The translations under genes were made by a program, and so were the position numbers. Below are positions 30,661 to 40,886 of a DNA stretch of 64,000 bases, piece by piece. Every line of letters begins with the position of its first letter. Position 1 is the stretch's first letter. Source of the DNA: Chloroflexota bacterium (GTDB taxonomy: Bacteria; Chloroflexota; UBA11872; VXOZ01); the NCBI GenBank assembly GCA_963663275.1, contig OY760183.1, positions 1,952,001 to 2,016,000 of the forward strand. Reading direction: 5' to 3'. Below the pieces are notes generated by a model. The model saw nothing but the letters and a program-made list of their open reading frames with translations, was not told the DNA's origin and searched no databases.

Positions 30661-30956
30661 CTCCGGTAGCGCAGGCTTGTAACCTGCGTGGGGGCGGGGA
30701 TTGTGGCGGTGCAGGTGGGGAAGCGGAGGCGGGGGACAAGCCCCCGCGCTACGCGTTCAGACTCCGGTAGCGCAGGATTGTAACCTGCGCAGTGGCGGGG
30801 ATTGTGGCGGTGCAAGTGGGGAATGCGGAGGCGGGGGACAAGCCCCCGCGCTACGAGTTCAGACTCCGGTAGCGCAGGTTTGCAACCTGCGTAGGGGCGG
30901 GGACTGTGGCGATGCAAGCGGGAAAGCGGAGGCGGGGGACAAGCCCCCGCGCTACG
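30661..30956. repeat. BIME-like array of three ~101-bp units, each holding two inverted GTAG REPs
   Basis: Each unit is CTCCGGTAGCGCAGG(C/A/T)TTG(T/C)AACCTGCG...GGGGACAAGCCCCCGCGCTAC, starting at 30661, 30762 and 30864. Confidence 0.85.
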
Positions 30957-31005
30957 GTTCCTGAAGAATCACGATTCTTGAAGAGTGACGGGTTGAGGCC
31001 GTGTC

Positions 31006-31809
31006 ATGGATAAACGCCTCGAAACGAACCGGAGAAACTGGAACGAACGGACGCCGGTGCACGCGGCCTCCGGATTCTACGACGTGGCGGGCTTCGAAGC
31101 GGGTCGGAACACCCTCAAGTCCATCGAGCGCGCGGAAGTTGGCGACGTGGCCGGCAAGACGCTGCTCCACCTGCAATGCCACTTTGGGCTGGACACCATG
31201 TCGTGGGCGCGGCTGGGGGCGCGGGCGACCGGCGTGGACTTCTCTGACGACGCGATAGCTCTGGCGCGGGCGTTGAACGAAGAGGTCGGCGCGGATACGC
31301 GCTTTATTCGTGCCGATGTCTACGACCTGCCGGACGTCCTGGATGAAGAATTCGACATTGTCTTCACGTCGTACGGCGTCCTGGTCTGGCTGCCGGATCT
31401 CGACCGCTGGGCCGAGGTGGTTTGCCGTCATCTCAAACCGGGCGGCACGTTCTACATCGTGGAATTCCATCCAGTCTTGACGACGCTCAAACCAGCCGCG
31501 AACGGCGACGCGCTTCCCACCTATAGCTACTTTCGCGAGGAACTCTACTTCGCCGGCGGTGAGCCTTCCTATGCCGGCGCCGAACACATCGCCAGTCCGA
31601 ATTTCGAGTGGCAACACAGCCTCGGAGAGATCGTCACGGCTCTCGTCAGCGCCGGTCTCAGGATCGAGTTCCTGCACGAGTTTCCGTTCTGCAACTACCA
31701 GGCCCTGCCCACCATGGCGCAAGGTGAAGACGGCTGGTGGCGGTTCTCGGAGAAGAACGACTCTATTCCGCAGATGTTCTCCATACGGGCGTTCAAGCCA
31801 CAGTACTAA
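31006..31809 (+). CDS. Class I SAM-dependent methyltransferase
   Basis: LLHLQCHFGLD, GVDFS, FDIVFTSYG, LKPGG. Confidence 0.92.
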   Translation: MDKRLETNRRNWNERTPVHAASGFYDVAGFEAGRNTLKSIERAEVGDVAGKTLLHLQCHFGLDTMSWARLGARATGVDFSDDAIALARALNEEVGADTRFIRADVYDLPDVLDEEFDIVFTSYGVLVWLPDLDRWAEVVCRHLKPGGTFYIVEFHPVLTTLKPAANGDALPTYSYFREELYFAGGEPSYAGAEHIASPNFEWQHSLGEIVTALVSAGLRIEFLHEFPFCNYQALPTMAQGEDGWWRFSEKNDSIPQMFSIRAFKPQY

Positions 31810-31921
31810 CCGGTTTTCATTGGAGTCGTGCGACCGGCCAGACTACCGCGGATCACTCCTTGCTGCCTGGCACGTATGTTACAGAGTGCGCGGGAGCGAA
31901 AGTGAAACGAGGGGGCGCGTC

Positions 31922-32303
31922 GTGGCTAAGCTGGTCAACGGCAGAGATCGCAAGGTAGAGGAACACTTGCGAAACAGCCGCCAATTTGTGCGCCAGGCGC
32001 AAGCGGAGTTCGATAGAGGCGACCGGCTTCAAGCCTCAGAGAAGGCGTGGGGGGGCGGCTGCGCACGCGGTGAAAGCTGTCGCGCAGCAACGAGGATGGC
32101 GGCACAATGGGCATCGCTATCTCTTTGAAACGATTGATGCCATATACCGCGAGACAGGAGACGCCCAGTACTTGGATCTGTTCGGTAGAGCCAATTCGTT
32201 GCACATGAACTTCTATGAGAATTGGCAGACGGATAACTTCGTACAGAGCGGCATTGAGCGCGTGAAGGTCTTGGTGGAGAAACTGGAACGGCTCGTAGTG
32301 TGA
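31922..32303 (+). pseudogene. PaREP1-family (HEPN-like) gene with a +1 frameshift in a G7 tract
   Basis: Two frames join at GGGGGGG (32049-32055). Removing one G restores QASEKAWGAAAHAVKA...LHMNFYE, collinear with the 63100-63480 paralog. Confidence 0.8.
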
Positions 32304-32485
32304 TCTAGAGTTGAGCTATGGCCCATTTGCCGGAACCGGGGGGACGACATACTGCGATCCAGCAACGTAATCCCGCGACGCCTGCCGTAGGAGTCATAGT
32401 GCTGGGTTGTGGTTCCAGGTAGAGAGACGTAGCAAAGCGCGGCGCGTAAGCTGACCCTTAGAGGGCGTCTGCGAAGTCAACAAGA

Positions 32486-32570
32486 ACCGTTCGTGCTGAG
32501 CCTGTCGAAGCACGAACGGTCTTTGACACGGGGCCACTATAGTCCGTTCGCCCTGAGCGGGTCGAAGGGT
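32486..32570. repeat. Two CCGTTCG..CTGAGC..GTCGAAG palindromic repeats
   Basis: ACCGTTCGTGCTGAGCCTGTCGAAGCACGAACGGT plus a partial second copy. Confidence 0.8.
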
Positions 32571-32612
32571 AAGCAGATGGTAGTGAGCGACTGCGCTCTT
32601 GCCCACACGCCC

Positions 32613-33779
32613 TTACTGATTGCGCTGGCGGCGGCGTAGAAAGGCCGGCAGGTCCAGGTCGTCGGCCGGCTTGCCTACGGTTTCGATAGTGGGTTCATCT
32701 TCCTGCTGCCGGCGCGCGGTTACGCGCTTGGCGCGTTCGGCGGTGAGGCCGGTGGCAATCAGCGTTACCTGCACTTCTTCCTGATTGGCCGGGTCGATCG
32801 CCGCGCCAAAGATGATGTTGGCTTCCTCGTCCACCGTGGCGCTGACCACTTCCGCCGCGGCGTTTATCTCCTGGATAGTCATGTCGGGCCCGCCGCGGAA
32901 GTTCATCAGCACACCGCACGCGCCGCGCATGGGCATATCGGAGAGCGGGTCCTGCATGGCCTCTTCCACCGCCATCAACATGCGGTTCTCGCCGGAGCCG
33001 ATGCCCACGCCCATCATGGCCGTGCCGGCGTCTTTCATGATCGACCGCACGTCGGCGAAGTCCACGTTGATGATGCCGGTAGTGGTCACCAGTTCGGCGA
33101 TGGAGCGCACGCCGTTCAACAGCATCTCATTCGCCAGCGTAAAGGCTTCCCTCATAGGCGCTGAGGCGGGCACGGCGGCGAGCAGGCGGTCGTTGTGGAT
33201 GACGATCAGGGTGTCCACGCTGCGCTGGAGTTCCTCCATGCCGTCGGTGGCGCTGCGTTGCCGGGGCCGGCCCTCGAACATGAACGGCAGTGTGACGACG
33301 CCTACCGTGAGCGCGCCGAAGCGCTTGGCGATGTCGGCGACCACCGGCGCCGCGCCGGTGCCGGTGCCGCCGCCCATGCCCGCCGTAACGAAGACCATGT
33401 CGGCGCCTTCCACCAGGCGCTCGATTTCCTGCGCGCTTTCTTCCGCCGCGCGGCGTCCAAGTTCCGGGTCGCCGCCGGTGCCGCGCAGGCCGGTGAGGCG
33501 TTTGCCGATGGCGAGTTTTTCCGGCGCGCTCGAGAACTCAAGCGCCTGCGCGTCCGTATTGACAGCGGCATACGAAGCGCCGGCGACCTCGGCTTCGATC
33601 ATGCAGTCCACGGCGTTGCTGCCGCCGCCGCCGACGCCGATGATGCGAATCTGTATCAATCCCCGCATCTCGCGGGACCGCGGGCCGGATGAGACCATTT
33701 CGGGAACCACCGGGCGCGGCCGGGTTGTTTCTTCCATATTCTCCAACCGTTCTGGATCAAAGCCGGGCCGCTTCGACAC
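32613..33779 (-). CDS. ftsZ: Cell division GTPase FtsZ
   Basis: GVGGGGSNA, NTDAQAL, GMGGGTGTG, PFMFEG, T7 loop INVDFADV, C-terminal DLDLPAFLRR. The start is GTG 33779 or ATG 33737. Confidence 0.95.
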   Translation of the reverse strand: MSKRPGFDPERLENMEETTRPRPVVPEMVSSGPRSREMRGLIQIRIIGVGGGGSNAVDCMIEAEVAGASYAAVNTDAQALEFSSAPEKLAIGKRLTGLRGTGGDPELGRRAAEESAQEIERLVEGADMVFVTAGMGGGTGTGAAPVVADIAKRFGALTVGVVTLPFMFEGRPRQRSATDGMEELQRSVDTLIVIHNDRLLAAVPASAPMREAFTLANEMLLNGVRSIAELVTTTGIINVDFADVRSIMKDAGTAMMGVGIGSGENRMLMAVEEAMQDPLSDMPMRGACGVLMNFRGGPDMTIQEINAAAEVVSATVDEEANIIFGAAIDPANQEEVQVTLIATGLTAERAKRVTARRQQEDEPTIETVGKPADDLDLPAFLRRRQRNQ

Positions 33780-34587
33780 GGTCTAACACCTCTCTGGCTA
33801 GCAGTTGATACGCATCCACAGCTTTTCTCGCGCCGCTGTAGGAAACCACTGAGACGCCGGCCGACGCGGCTTCCAGTATCTTGCTGTTTATGCCGATCTC
33901 CGTGGTAAAGACGCGGTCGCCCCAGCGTTCGTGAAGGTATTGCCACACCGCCTGTTCTTCCCGCAGCCGCCGGTCGTACTTGCTGAGCAGCACGCCGAGG
34001 ACTTCGATCTTGGGGTTGAGCGACGCCACCTCCGCGATGGTCTCTTCCAGCATGTACAGACCTTGTAGGGAGAAGAAGCGCGCCTCGGTGGGGATGATTA
34101 CGCAGTCCGCCGCCACGAGCGCGTTCACGGTGAGGAGACCGAGCGAGGGGGGCGTATCGACGATGATGAAGTCGTATTGGTCCTGGACGCGGGCCAGGTG
34201 TTCGCGCAGGCGCAGTTCGCGGCCAATCACGGCCGTGAGTTGAAACTCCACACTGGCAAGCTCGAGCGACGCCGGCACCACGTCAACCGACCCGCCTCTC
34301 TCGTCCTCGATGCGGTAGATTGGCAGGTCCGCCTGACGGTCCCGCAAGGCGGTGGCTACCGAAGCATCCAGCTCGCGCTCCAGGCCGAAGTGGGCGGTCA
34401 GATTGGCTTGGGCGTCCATGTCTACCGCCAGCACGCGCTTCCCCATATGTGAGAGGGTGGCGCTCAAGTTGGCAGCCGTCGTCGTCTTGCCAACTCCGCC
34501 CTTTTGGTTGGCACAGGCGATCGTGGGCGCTGGAGACAGCCCTTTTGCCGATGACAGGCCCTTCGCTGAAGACAGCGCCTTAGCCAT
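33757..34587 (-). CDS. parA: ParA/Soj family ATPase
   Basis: ANQKGGVGKTT, DMDAQANLT, DTPPSLG, NALVAAD. Confidence 0.9.
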   Translation of the reverse strand: MAKALSSAKGLSSAKGLSPAPTIACANQKGGVGKTTTAANLSATLSHMGKRVLAVDMDAQANLTAHFGLERELDASVATALRDRQADLPIYRIEDERGGSVDVVPASLELASVEFQLTAVIGRELRLREHLARVQDQYDFIIVDTPPSLGLLTVNALVAADCVIIPTEARFFSLQGLYMLEETIAEVASLNPKIEVLGVLLSKYDRRLREEQAVWQYLHERWGDRVFTTEIGINSKILEAASAGVSVVSYSGARKAVDAYQLLAREVLDRVEAARL

Positions 34588-34820
34588 ATCGCTTGCTCTA
34601 CCGCTTTCCGCAACCGCGCATCCCGCCTCGTCCTCAATAGTGTAGCATATCGTCAATGCGCCCACAACGAAACGATTGACGAATTCTCAATCTTTTGGTA
34701 TGTGACTTGCCCGGCGTTCTCGATTCCGCGCCGGGCAGTGCTATACTGCAATCCGATAGCCCGGCGCGCGGGGCGCCGGTAGACGATGAGAAAGACGCAA
34801 AGACGCCGCATCCGCTACCC

Positions 34821-35459
34821 ATGAGCGATACCAGCGATACCCGTCCGTTCGATTTACGCCTCTACGTGGTGCTCGATCCGGCGGTGGCCGGAGGGCGGCC
34901 GCTACCGGAAATTGCCCGCCGCGCTATCGCCGGCGGCGCGACCATGCTCCAGTTGCGCGATAAGTGTTCGACCGACCGCGCCTTGCTCGCTACCGCGGAG
35001 GCGTTGGCGCGGCTCTGCCAGGCGGCGGACGTCGCCTTCATCGTGAACGACCGGGTGGACATCGCCTGGGCCGCCGGCGCGGATGGAGTCCATCTCGGCC
35101 ACGACGACCTGCCGCCGGCCGCGGCCCGCCGCCTGCTGGGAGAGCGCGCCATCATCGGCGCTTCGGCGGGCAGCCTGGACGAATTGCGGGCAGTCTTGCC
35201 CGCGCGTCCGGACTACCTGGGCGTGGGGCCGATGTACGCCACGCGCACGAAAGGCGACGCCGGCGCGCCGGTGGGGCCGGCTATGATCCGCGCGCTCCGC
35301 CAGGCCGCGCCCGGCGCGCCGCTGGTAGGCATCGGCGGCATTACGGCGCATAACGCGGCGGCGGTGCTGGCGGCGGGCGCGGACGGCATTGCGGTGGTCT
35401 CAGCCGTGGTGGGGGCAGAGGACGTCGAAGCCGCCGCGCGCGCCTTGCGCGCCCTCTAG
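34821..35459 (+). CDS. thiE: Thiamine phosphate synthase
   Basis: QLRDK, VNDRVDIA, DGVHLG, YATRTK, IGGI, AVVSA. Confidence 0.93.
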   Translation: MSDTSDTRPFDLRLYVVLDPAVAGGRPLPEIARRAIAGGATMLQLRDKCSTDRALLATAEALARLCQAADVAFIVNDRVDIAWAAGADGVHLGHDDLPPAAARRLLGERAIIGASAGSLDELRAVLPARPDYLGVGPMYATRTKGDAGAPVGPAMIRALRQAAPGAPLVGIGGITAHNAAAVLAAGADGIAVVSAVVGAEDVEAAARALRAL

Positions 35460-35664
35460 CGCATGAATCGCGCCTGTACGCTATCATCCCACGCACCTCT
35501 CGCGGCGGACGGCTCGGCGGCGCTTGGCCGTCGTTTCAGGGGCGGAGTCCGCTTGTTTCTCACGTCCCGCGTCGTCTATGCTCGATAGTGAAGGACCGCG
35601 CCGGCGATTGCTCGCCCTTATTTGGCTACCTAAGCGGGCGCTCAGGCGGTTTACGGAAAACAAT

Positions 35665-37644
35665 ATGAACGGACATCGGCAAACGCCTTACGACGTCATC
35701 GTCGTCGGCGCCGGCCACGCCGGTTGCGAGGCGGCCTTGGCGGCGGCGCGCATGGGCCGCGCCACGCTCGCGGTCACCGGCGACCGCGAACGCATCGCCT
35801 TCATGCCCTGCAACCCCTCGATTGGCGGCCCGGCCAAGGGTCACCTGGTGCGGGAGATCGACGCGCTGGGCGGCGAGATGGGCCGGAACACCGACCGCAC
35901 CTTGATCCAGATCCGCTTGCTGAACAGCAGCAAAGGGCCGGCGGTACAGGCGCTGCGCGCTCAATGCGACAAGCATCTCTACGCGCGCTCGATGCGCCGG
36001 ACGCTGGAGAGCCAGCCAAATCTGACCATCCACGACGGCTTGGTCGAGGATCTTCTCACCACCGTTGGGCCGGAGGGGCGCCGGCGTGTTATCGGCGTGC
36101 AGACGAAGGCAGGGGAGGCGTTCCACGCCCGGACCGTGGTGCTCACCACCGGCACCTTCTTGCAGGGCATCTTGATTACGGGCGAGAAGCGCGTCGGCGG
36201 CGGACGGGCGGGCGAAGCGCCGGCGCAGGCGCTTTCAGGCGCGTTGCGGCGGCTGGGCTTTCGGCTGCGCCGCCTGAAGACCGGCACCCCGCCGCGCGTC
36301 CTGGCGGAAAGCATCGACTTTGCCCTCACCACGCCGCAACCGGGCTCGCCGCAGCCGCTGCAATTCTCGTTCACTCCCTTGCGAGAAGAAGAAATCTGGC
36401 GCGACGAGCCGGATCCGGTCTACCCGTTCCAGGTCGAAACCCCCTGGCGGCGGCAGATGGTCTGCTACCTGACGCACACCAATCCGGCTACCCACGCGAT
36501 CATACGCGACAATCTGCACCGCGCGCCCATGTTCAACGGGACGATTAGCGGTACAGGCCCGCGCTACTGTCCCTCCATCGAGGACAAGATCGTGCGCTTC
36601 GGCCACAAGGAAGCGCACCAACTCTTCCTGGAGCCGGAGGGGTTTACCACGCACGAGGTTTACGTGCAGGGCGCGAACACCAGTCTGCCGGAAGACGTGC
36701 AGGCGGCCATGCTGCGCACCATTCCCGCGCTGCGGCGGGCGGAGATCGCGCGCCACGGTTACGCGGTGGAGTACGACCACGTGGTGACGGACCAGACCGC
36801 GGTAACGCTGGAGGCGAAGTCCGTGTCCGGCCTCTTCTTCGCGGGGCAGATCAACGGCACGTCCGGCTATGAAGAGGCGGCGGCGCAGGGCCTCATCGCC
36901 GGCATCAACGCCGCGCGGCGCGCGCAGGGCAAGCCGCCCCTTGTGCTGGGACGCGACCAAGCCTACATCGGCGTGATGCTGGACGACCTGGTGAGCCAGG
37001 AGCACCAGGAGCCGTACCGCCTCTTTACCTCCCGCGCGGAGTACCGGCTGCTACTGCGGCACGATAACGCCGACCTGCGCCTGACGCCGCTGGGGTACGA
37101 GATGGGGCTGGTTAGTGGTGAACGGTATGCGCGCGTCATGGCAAAGCGTGAGGCCGTCGAGCGCGCGCTGGAGCGTTTGCGGCAACACCGGATACCCCCA
37201 TCGCCCCGCGCGAACCGCGTCTTGGCGGCAGCCGGCGTGCAACCCATCCGCGGCCCGACGCAGGCCCTCAGCCTGATGCAGCGGCCAAACGCGCGCTACG
37301 CGGCGGTCGCCGCTCTGATGGAGGAGCCGGTCGACGCGCTCGACCCGGAGGTGGTAGCGCAAGTCGAACTCGAGGCGCGCTACGCAGGCTACGTGGAGCG
37401 CCAGCAGGCCCACGTGCGCAAGCTGGCGCGCATGGAGGCCATGCCCCTGCCGGAGGACGTAGACTACGACCGCTTGCCTTCCCTTCGGGCGGAGGCGCGC
37501 CAGAAGTTGGCTCAATTCCGGCCGCGCACGCTGGGACAGGCGGCGCGCATCGCGGGGGTGACACCGGCGGACGTGGCGGTGCTGATGGTGCACGTTCACC
37601 GCCGGAGGCGAGAACGCAAGCCTGAAGAGGCGGCGGCGCGCTGA
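35665..37644 (+). CDS. mnmG: tRNA U34 carboxymethylaminomethyl modification enzyme
   Basis: [59 protein letters not shown]. Confidence 0.97.
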   Translation: MNGHRQTPYDVIVVGAGHAGCEAALAAARMGRATLAVTGDRERIAFMPCNPSIGGPAKGHLVREIDALGGEMGRNTDRTLIQIRLLNSSKGPAVQALRAQCDKHLYARSMRRTLESQPNLTIHDGLVEDLLTTVGPEGRRRVIGVQTKAGEAFHARTVVLTTGTFLQGILITGEKRVGGGRAGEAPAQALSGALRRLGFRLRRLKTGTPPRVLAESIDFALTTPQPGSPQPLQFSFTPLREEEIWRDEPDPVYPFQVETPWRRQMVCYLTHTNPATHAIIRDNLHRAPMFNGTISGTGPRYCPSIEDKIVRFGHKEAHQLFLEPEGFTTHEVYVQGANTSLPEDVQAAMLRTIPALRRAEIARHGYAVEYDHVVTDQTAVTLEAKSVSGLFFAGQINGTSGYEEAAAQGLIAGINAARRAQGKPPLVLGRDQAYIGVMLDDLVSQEHQEPYRLFTSRAEYRLLLRHDNADLRLTPLGYEMGLVSGERYARVMAKREAVERALERLRQHRIPPSPRANRVLAAAGVQPIRGPTQALSLMQRPNARYAAVAALMEEPVDALDPEVVAQVELEARYAGYVERQQAHVRKLARMEAMPLPEDVDYDRLPSLRAEARQKLAQFRPRTLGQAARIAGVTPADVAVLMVHVHRRRRERKPEEAAAR

Positions 37645-37893
37645 GCGGAGTGCCGGCCGCAACGCAGGCCAAGCGGCGCAGATTGCCTGGCGTTTGCTGG
37701 GGGTAGCGTCTACACGCCGTCATCTTTGCCAATGGCGCGCGTGGGCCGCATCTCTTGAGGGGCGCTCACCCCGCGTCACATTGGTTGGAATCCTGGATAC
37801 CGGCCAGTCGAGACTGGATAGCCGGCGCGGCGGTGTGCGGGGCCTTGAGGCAACCCCGCTCGCCCTGCGGATGGTTCAGGGCGAACGGAGCGG

Positions 37894-37926
37894 TCAGATC
37901 TCGAAACGGAACTTGAAGCTGAGCAC
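37894..37926 (-). CDS. Putative 10-aa small ORF (GTG start, MLSFKFRFEI) or sRNA
   Basis: Minus strand reads TAAGGAG-9 nt-GTG CTC AGC TTC AAG TTC CGT TTC GAG ATC TGA. It has its own promoter upstream and a hairpin downstream. Confidence 0.4.
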   Translation of the reverse strand: MLSFKFRFEI

Positions 37927-38008
37927 TGTACACTTCTCCTTACGCTACGGAGTCACCCTTGCGGCAATGACCGTACCGCAAAGGATTAGTATTCAAATCG
38001 CGAGACTC

Positions 38009-38038
38009 AGTTAACCACACTGCCGCTTCACGTGTCAA
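38009..38038 (-). promoter_or_regulatory. Sigma-70 promoter for the small transcript
   Basis: Minus strand reads TTGACA-18 nt (ending TGTGG)-TTAACT. Confidence 0.55.
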
Positions 38039-38289
38039 CCGCGCGGCGCGCCGCCTGTGGCGCAATGGATTTTCTCTCTCCCCGGGAGGCGGCAGACGGG
38101 GGCCGGGTTCAGGCCGCGCTCGCCGTCTCTCTCTGCGGCACCCAATTAACCATACTGCGCCGCAACTGTCAAGCGATTGCCAGCATCGCGGGTGTGGTTG
38201 CCGTCTGTGCGGCGAGGCTCATGGCAGAGCGCGCGGTTCATCGGCGGCAATCCTGTCCTAAGAAAGTTAGTCAGCCACCGGCGAAAAGT

Positions 38290-39549
38290 CTAGCTGGCGT
38301 GGCGCACGGCCAGCCACAGGCGGCGCAGGCTCATGCGTTGGCCGTAGATGAGGATGCCGGCGCGGAAGACGCGGGCGGAGAGCCAGAGAAGCGCCAACCC
38401 GCTGAGGACGGTCACGCCCAAACTGAGGGCGATCTCCCAGAACGCCACGTCGGTCACGCCCAGCCGGATCATCATCGTAGGAGGAGCGGTGAAGGGAATG
38501 AAGGTAAGGATCCGCGCAAACGCGCCGTTGGGGACGAGCGAGATGAACGCGGCGAGCATCAGCGGCGCCAGAGCCGGGATCAAGACGATGGTGGAAAGCG
38601 ACGACGCCTCGCGCGCGGAGACCGTGGCGGCGCTGATGCCGGCCATCACCACCGCAAAGACGAAGTATCCGGCGAGAAAGAAGACGACGATCGCCGCCGC
38701 CAGGCCGGGCGAAAACGCAAGTTCGGCGACATCGGGAAAGGCGCTCACGATGCGCGGCGCGAGCACGGCAACGGAAACCAGCCATATCCCCACTTGCAGC
38801 AGCCCGGTCGCGCCCAGACCGAGCACCTTGCCGGTCATCAAGGCCAATGGCGAGACCGACGTGATGAGCACTTCGACCACACGGTTCTCCTTCTCCTCGG
38901 AGACGCTCTGCAACAGCGTGCCGCTCACCATGTAGATCACCATGATCATGATCCACGCCGACAGGAACGGCACCGTGAAGAACGTAAGGATTTGCCCTTC
39001 GTCCTCGGCGGCGACGTCTCCCGCGGGCGTAATCTCGTAGCGCGTGAGATTGAGGGGGTCTTGCAGGCGCGCAAGCCGGTCCACGGATAGGTCGGCGGAC
39101 GTGAGCGCCTGCAGCAGGAGCGCGCGCATCCGGTCTTGGTTCGCGTCTCCCGCGATGAGGCTGCTCAGGCCGCTATCCGCGTGCAGCCACTCGACGCGGC
39201 CGCTTTGGAGGTAGTCCGCGGGAATGATGAAGAGGTCGTCCACGTCTCCGGCCCGCAAGGCGGCGATACCGGCCTGGCGGTCGGCGAAGGCTTGAAAACC
39301 GGCGGCATCGCGTGTGGTGAACGCGAGGTCGTTTGAGAGATTGACGACGGCGGCGGCTCTGCCGCTGTCTCCGCTGCCGGCGCCGGCGTCGTCGCCACTG
39401 AAGAAGCCGCGCGCCAGCGGCGCTGCCACCGCCAGCACGAGCAGGATGACTACCGGCGTGAAGGTGACGATGAGGAATTGCTTGCGACGGATCTGCCGGC
39501 GCGCTTCTTCGACGAGGACGATTTTCGTTTCAGACCACAGTCTGCGCAC
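38290..39549 (-). CDS. ABC-2 exporter permease (NatB/YhaP-like)
   Basis: SVSEEKENRVVEVLITS, GKVLG, multiple TM helices. Confidence 0.9.
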   Translation of the reverse strand: MRRLWSETKIVLVEEARRQIRRKQFLIVTFTPVVILLVLAVAAPLARGFFSGDDAGAGSGDSGRAAAVVNLSNDLAFTTRDAAGFQAFADRQAGIAALRAGDVDDLFIIPADYLQSGRVEWLHADSGLSSLIAGDANQDRMRALLLQALTSADLSVDRLARLQDPLNLTRYEITPAGDVAAEDEGQILTFFTVPFLSAWIMIMVIYMVSGTLLQSVSEEKENRVVEVLITSVSPLALMTGKVLGLGATGLLQVGIWLVSVAVLAPRIVSAFPDVAELAFSPGLAAAIVVFFLAGYFVFAVVMAGISAATVSAREASSLSTIVLIPALAPLMLAAFISLVPNGAFARILTFIPFTAPPTMMIRLGVTDVAFWEIALSLGVTVLSGLALLWLSARVFRAGILIYGQRMSLRRLWLAVRHAS

Positions 39550-39626
39550 GTTCTGATTTAATCCTCAGGCTCCGTTGCGACGAATGCGTTGTTCATCAAT
39601 TCCCGGTGCAGGCTCTGCTCCGCGAT

Positions 39627-40886
39627 TCAACCCCCGGAGCGCAGCGCCAACCACGCCGCCCGCAGGCTCATGCGCTGGCCGTAGAGCAGCAGGCCGGCGC
39701 GGAAGACACGGCTTGCCAGCCAGAGCAGGAGCGCCGCCGTAACGAGCATGAGGCCGAGGCTGAGCGCGACCTCGCCCGGCGGCACCCGGCCGGTCGCCAA
39801 CCGCACCATCATCGACGTGGCCGCCGTAAAGGGCAGGAATGAGAGCAAGCGCGGCAGCCAGTGATCGGCGGAATTCAGGAAGAGCGGCATGGCGTAGAAG
39901 GGCGCGGCAAGCGGAATGATTACGAGGGTAGTAAAGGGGCCCGCTTCCGTGACCGAGGTGGTAGCGGCGCCGATGCCCGCCATGAGCGCGGCCGCAATCG
40001 CGTATCCGGCCAGAAAGAACGCCAGCGCCAGCAGCAAGAAGCCCACGTCGATGGATATGCCGCCCAGGTCCGGAATCACGCCCGCAAAGCGAGGCACGAT
40101 CAACAAAACCGCGGCAATCCACACCGCCATCTGGATCAATCCCGCCAGACCCAGCGCCAGCACCTTGCCGGTCATGATGGCCAGCGGCGAAGCGGAAGTG
40201 AGCAGCACCTCCACCATGCGGTTCTCTTTCTCTTCAGAGACCGTTTGGAGCAAAATCGTGCCGTAGGCGATGAGGGTGAAGATGAGGGCGATGGCGAATC
40301 CCTGCCCGATGATGAACGAGACCGCAACCGCCGCGCCGCTCTCGGCTTCCACCGCGCCGTCCGCGTTTACCGTGAAGTGCTGAAACTGTGGTCGCGCGAG
40401 CGCCCGCTGCCTGTGCGCGGGCGACCGCGTCTCTCCCAGGAGCGCGTCCCTCAGTATGAGCCGCAATTGTTGGCGACCCTCACTCTCATCTTCGGTGTAG
40501 TAATGCTCGATCGCGCCGGTGGCGACGTAGTCCGGTAGAATCACGAAGAGTTCGTTGATTTCCCCGGCTTTCAAGGCGTCCAGGCCCGGCGCAACTCCGG
40601 CGTAAACCTGAAACTCCGCCGCCTGCCCAAAGTCCACGGCAAGGTCGCTCGTCTGCATGACGACGCCGCTGGGAAGGTCGGCAGCGCCTTGTTCCGCTCC
40701 GGCCGCGGCGCGGGTTTCCGCACTTGCCTCGTCCTGCACGATTCCTCTAATCACCGGAATGCCGATCCAGATGAGGAGGAGCAGCACGGGAATCGTCAGT
40801 GTGGCAATGAGAAAGCCCTTGCCGCCGACCTGCTTGCGCAACTCGTGGGCAAAGACGATGTGAACGCCGTCAAGCGCTGCGGGCAC
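39627..40886 (-). CDS. ABC-2 exporter permease (NatB/YhaP-like), paralog
   Basis: EEKENRMVEVLLTS, GKVLALG. Confidence 0.9.
   Translation of the reverse strand: MPAALDGVHIVFAHELRKQVGGKGFLIATLTIPVLLLLIWIGIPVIRGIVQDEASAETRAAAGAEQGAADLPSGVVMQTSDLAVDFGQAAEFQVYAGVAPGLDALKAGEINELFVILPDYVATGAIEHYYTEDESEGRQQLRLILRDALLGETRSPAHRQRALARPQFQHFTVNADGAVEAESGAAVAVSFIIGQGFAIALIFTLIAYGTILLQTVSEEKENRMVEVLLTSASPLAIMTGKVLALGLAGLIQMAVWIAAVLLIVPRFAGVIPDLGGISIDVGFLLLALAFFLAGYAIAAALMAGIGAATTSVTEAGPFTTLVIIPLAAPFYAMPLFLNSADHWLPRLLSFLPFTAATSMMVRLATGRVPPGEVALSLGLMLVTAALLLWLASRVFRAGLLLYGQRMSLRAAWLALRSGG

Noticed and set aside
30661-30956. CRISPR array
   Set aside because: The inter-repeat segments are near-identical, so this is a tandem REP composite.
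34665-34820. TPP riboswitch upstream of thiE
   Set aside because: No CUGAGA...ACCUG core is visible.
33757-37644. oriC region suggested by parA plus mnmG
   Set aside because: No dnaA, parB, rsmG, DnaA-box cluster or parS palindrome was seen.
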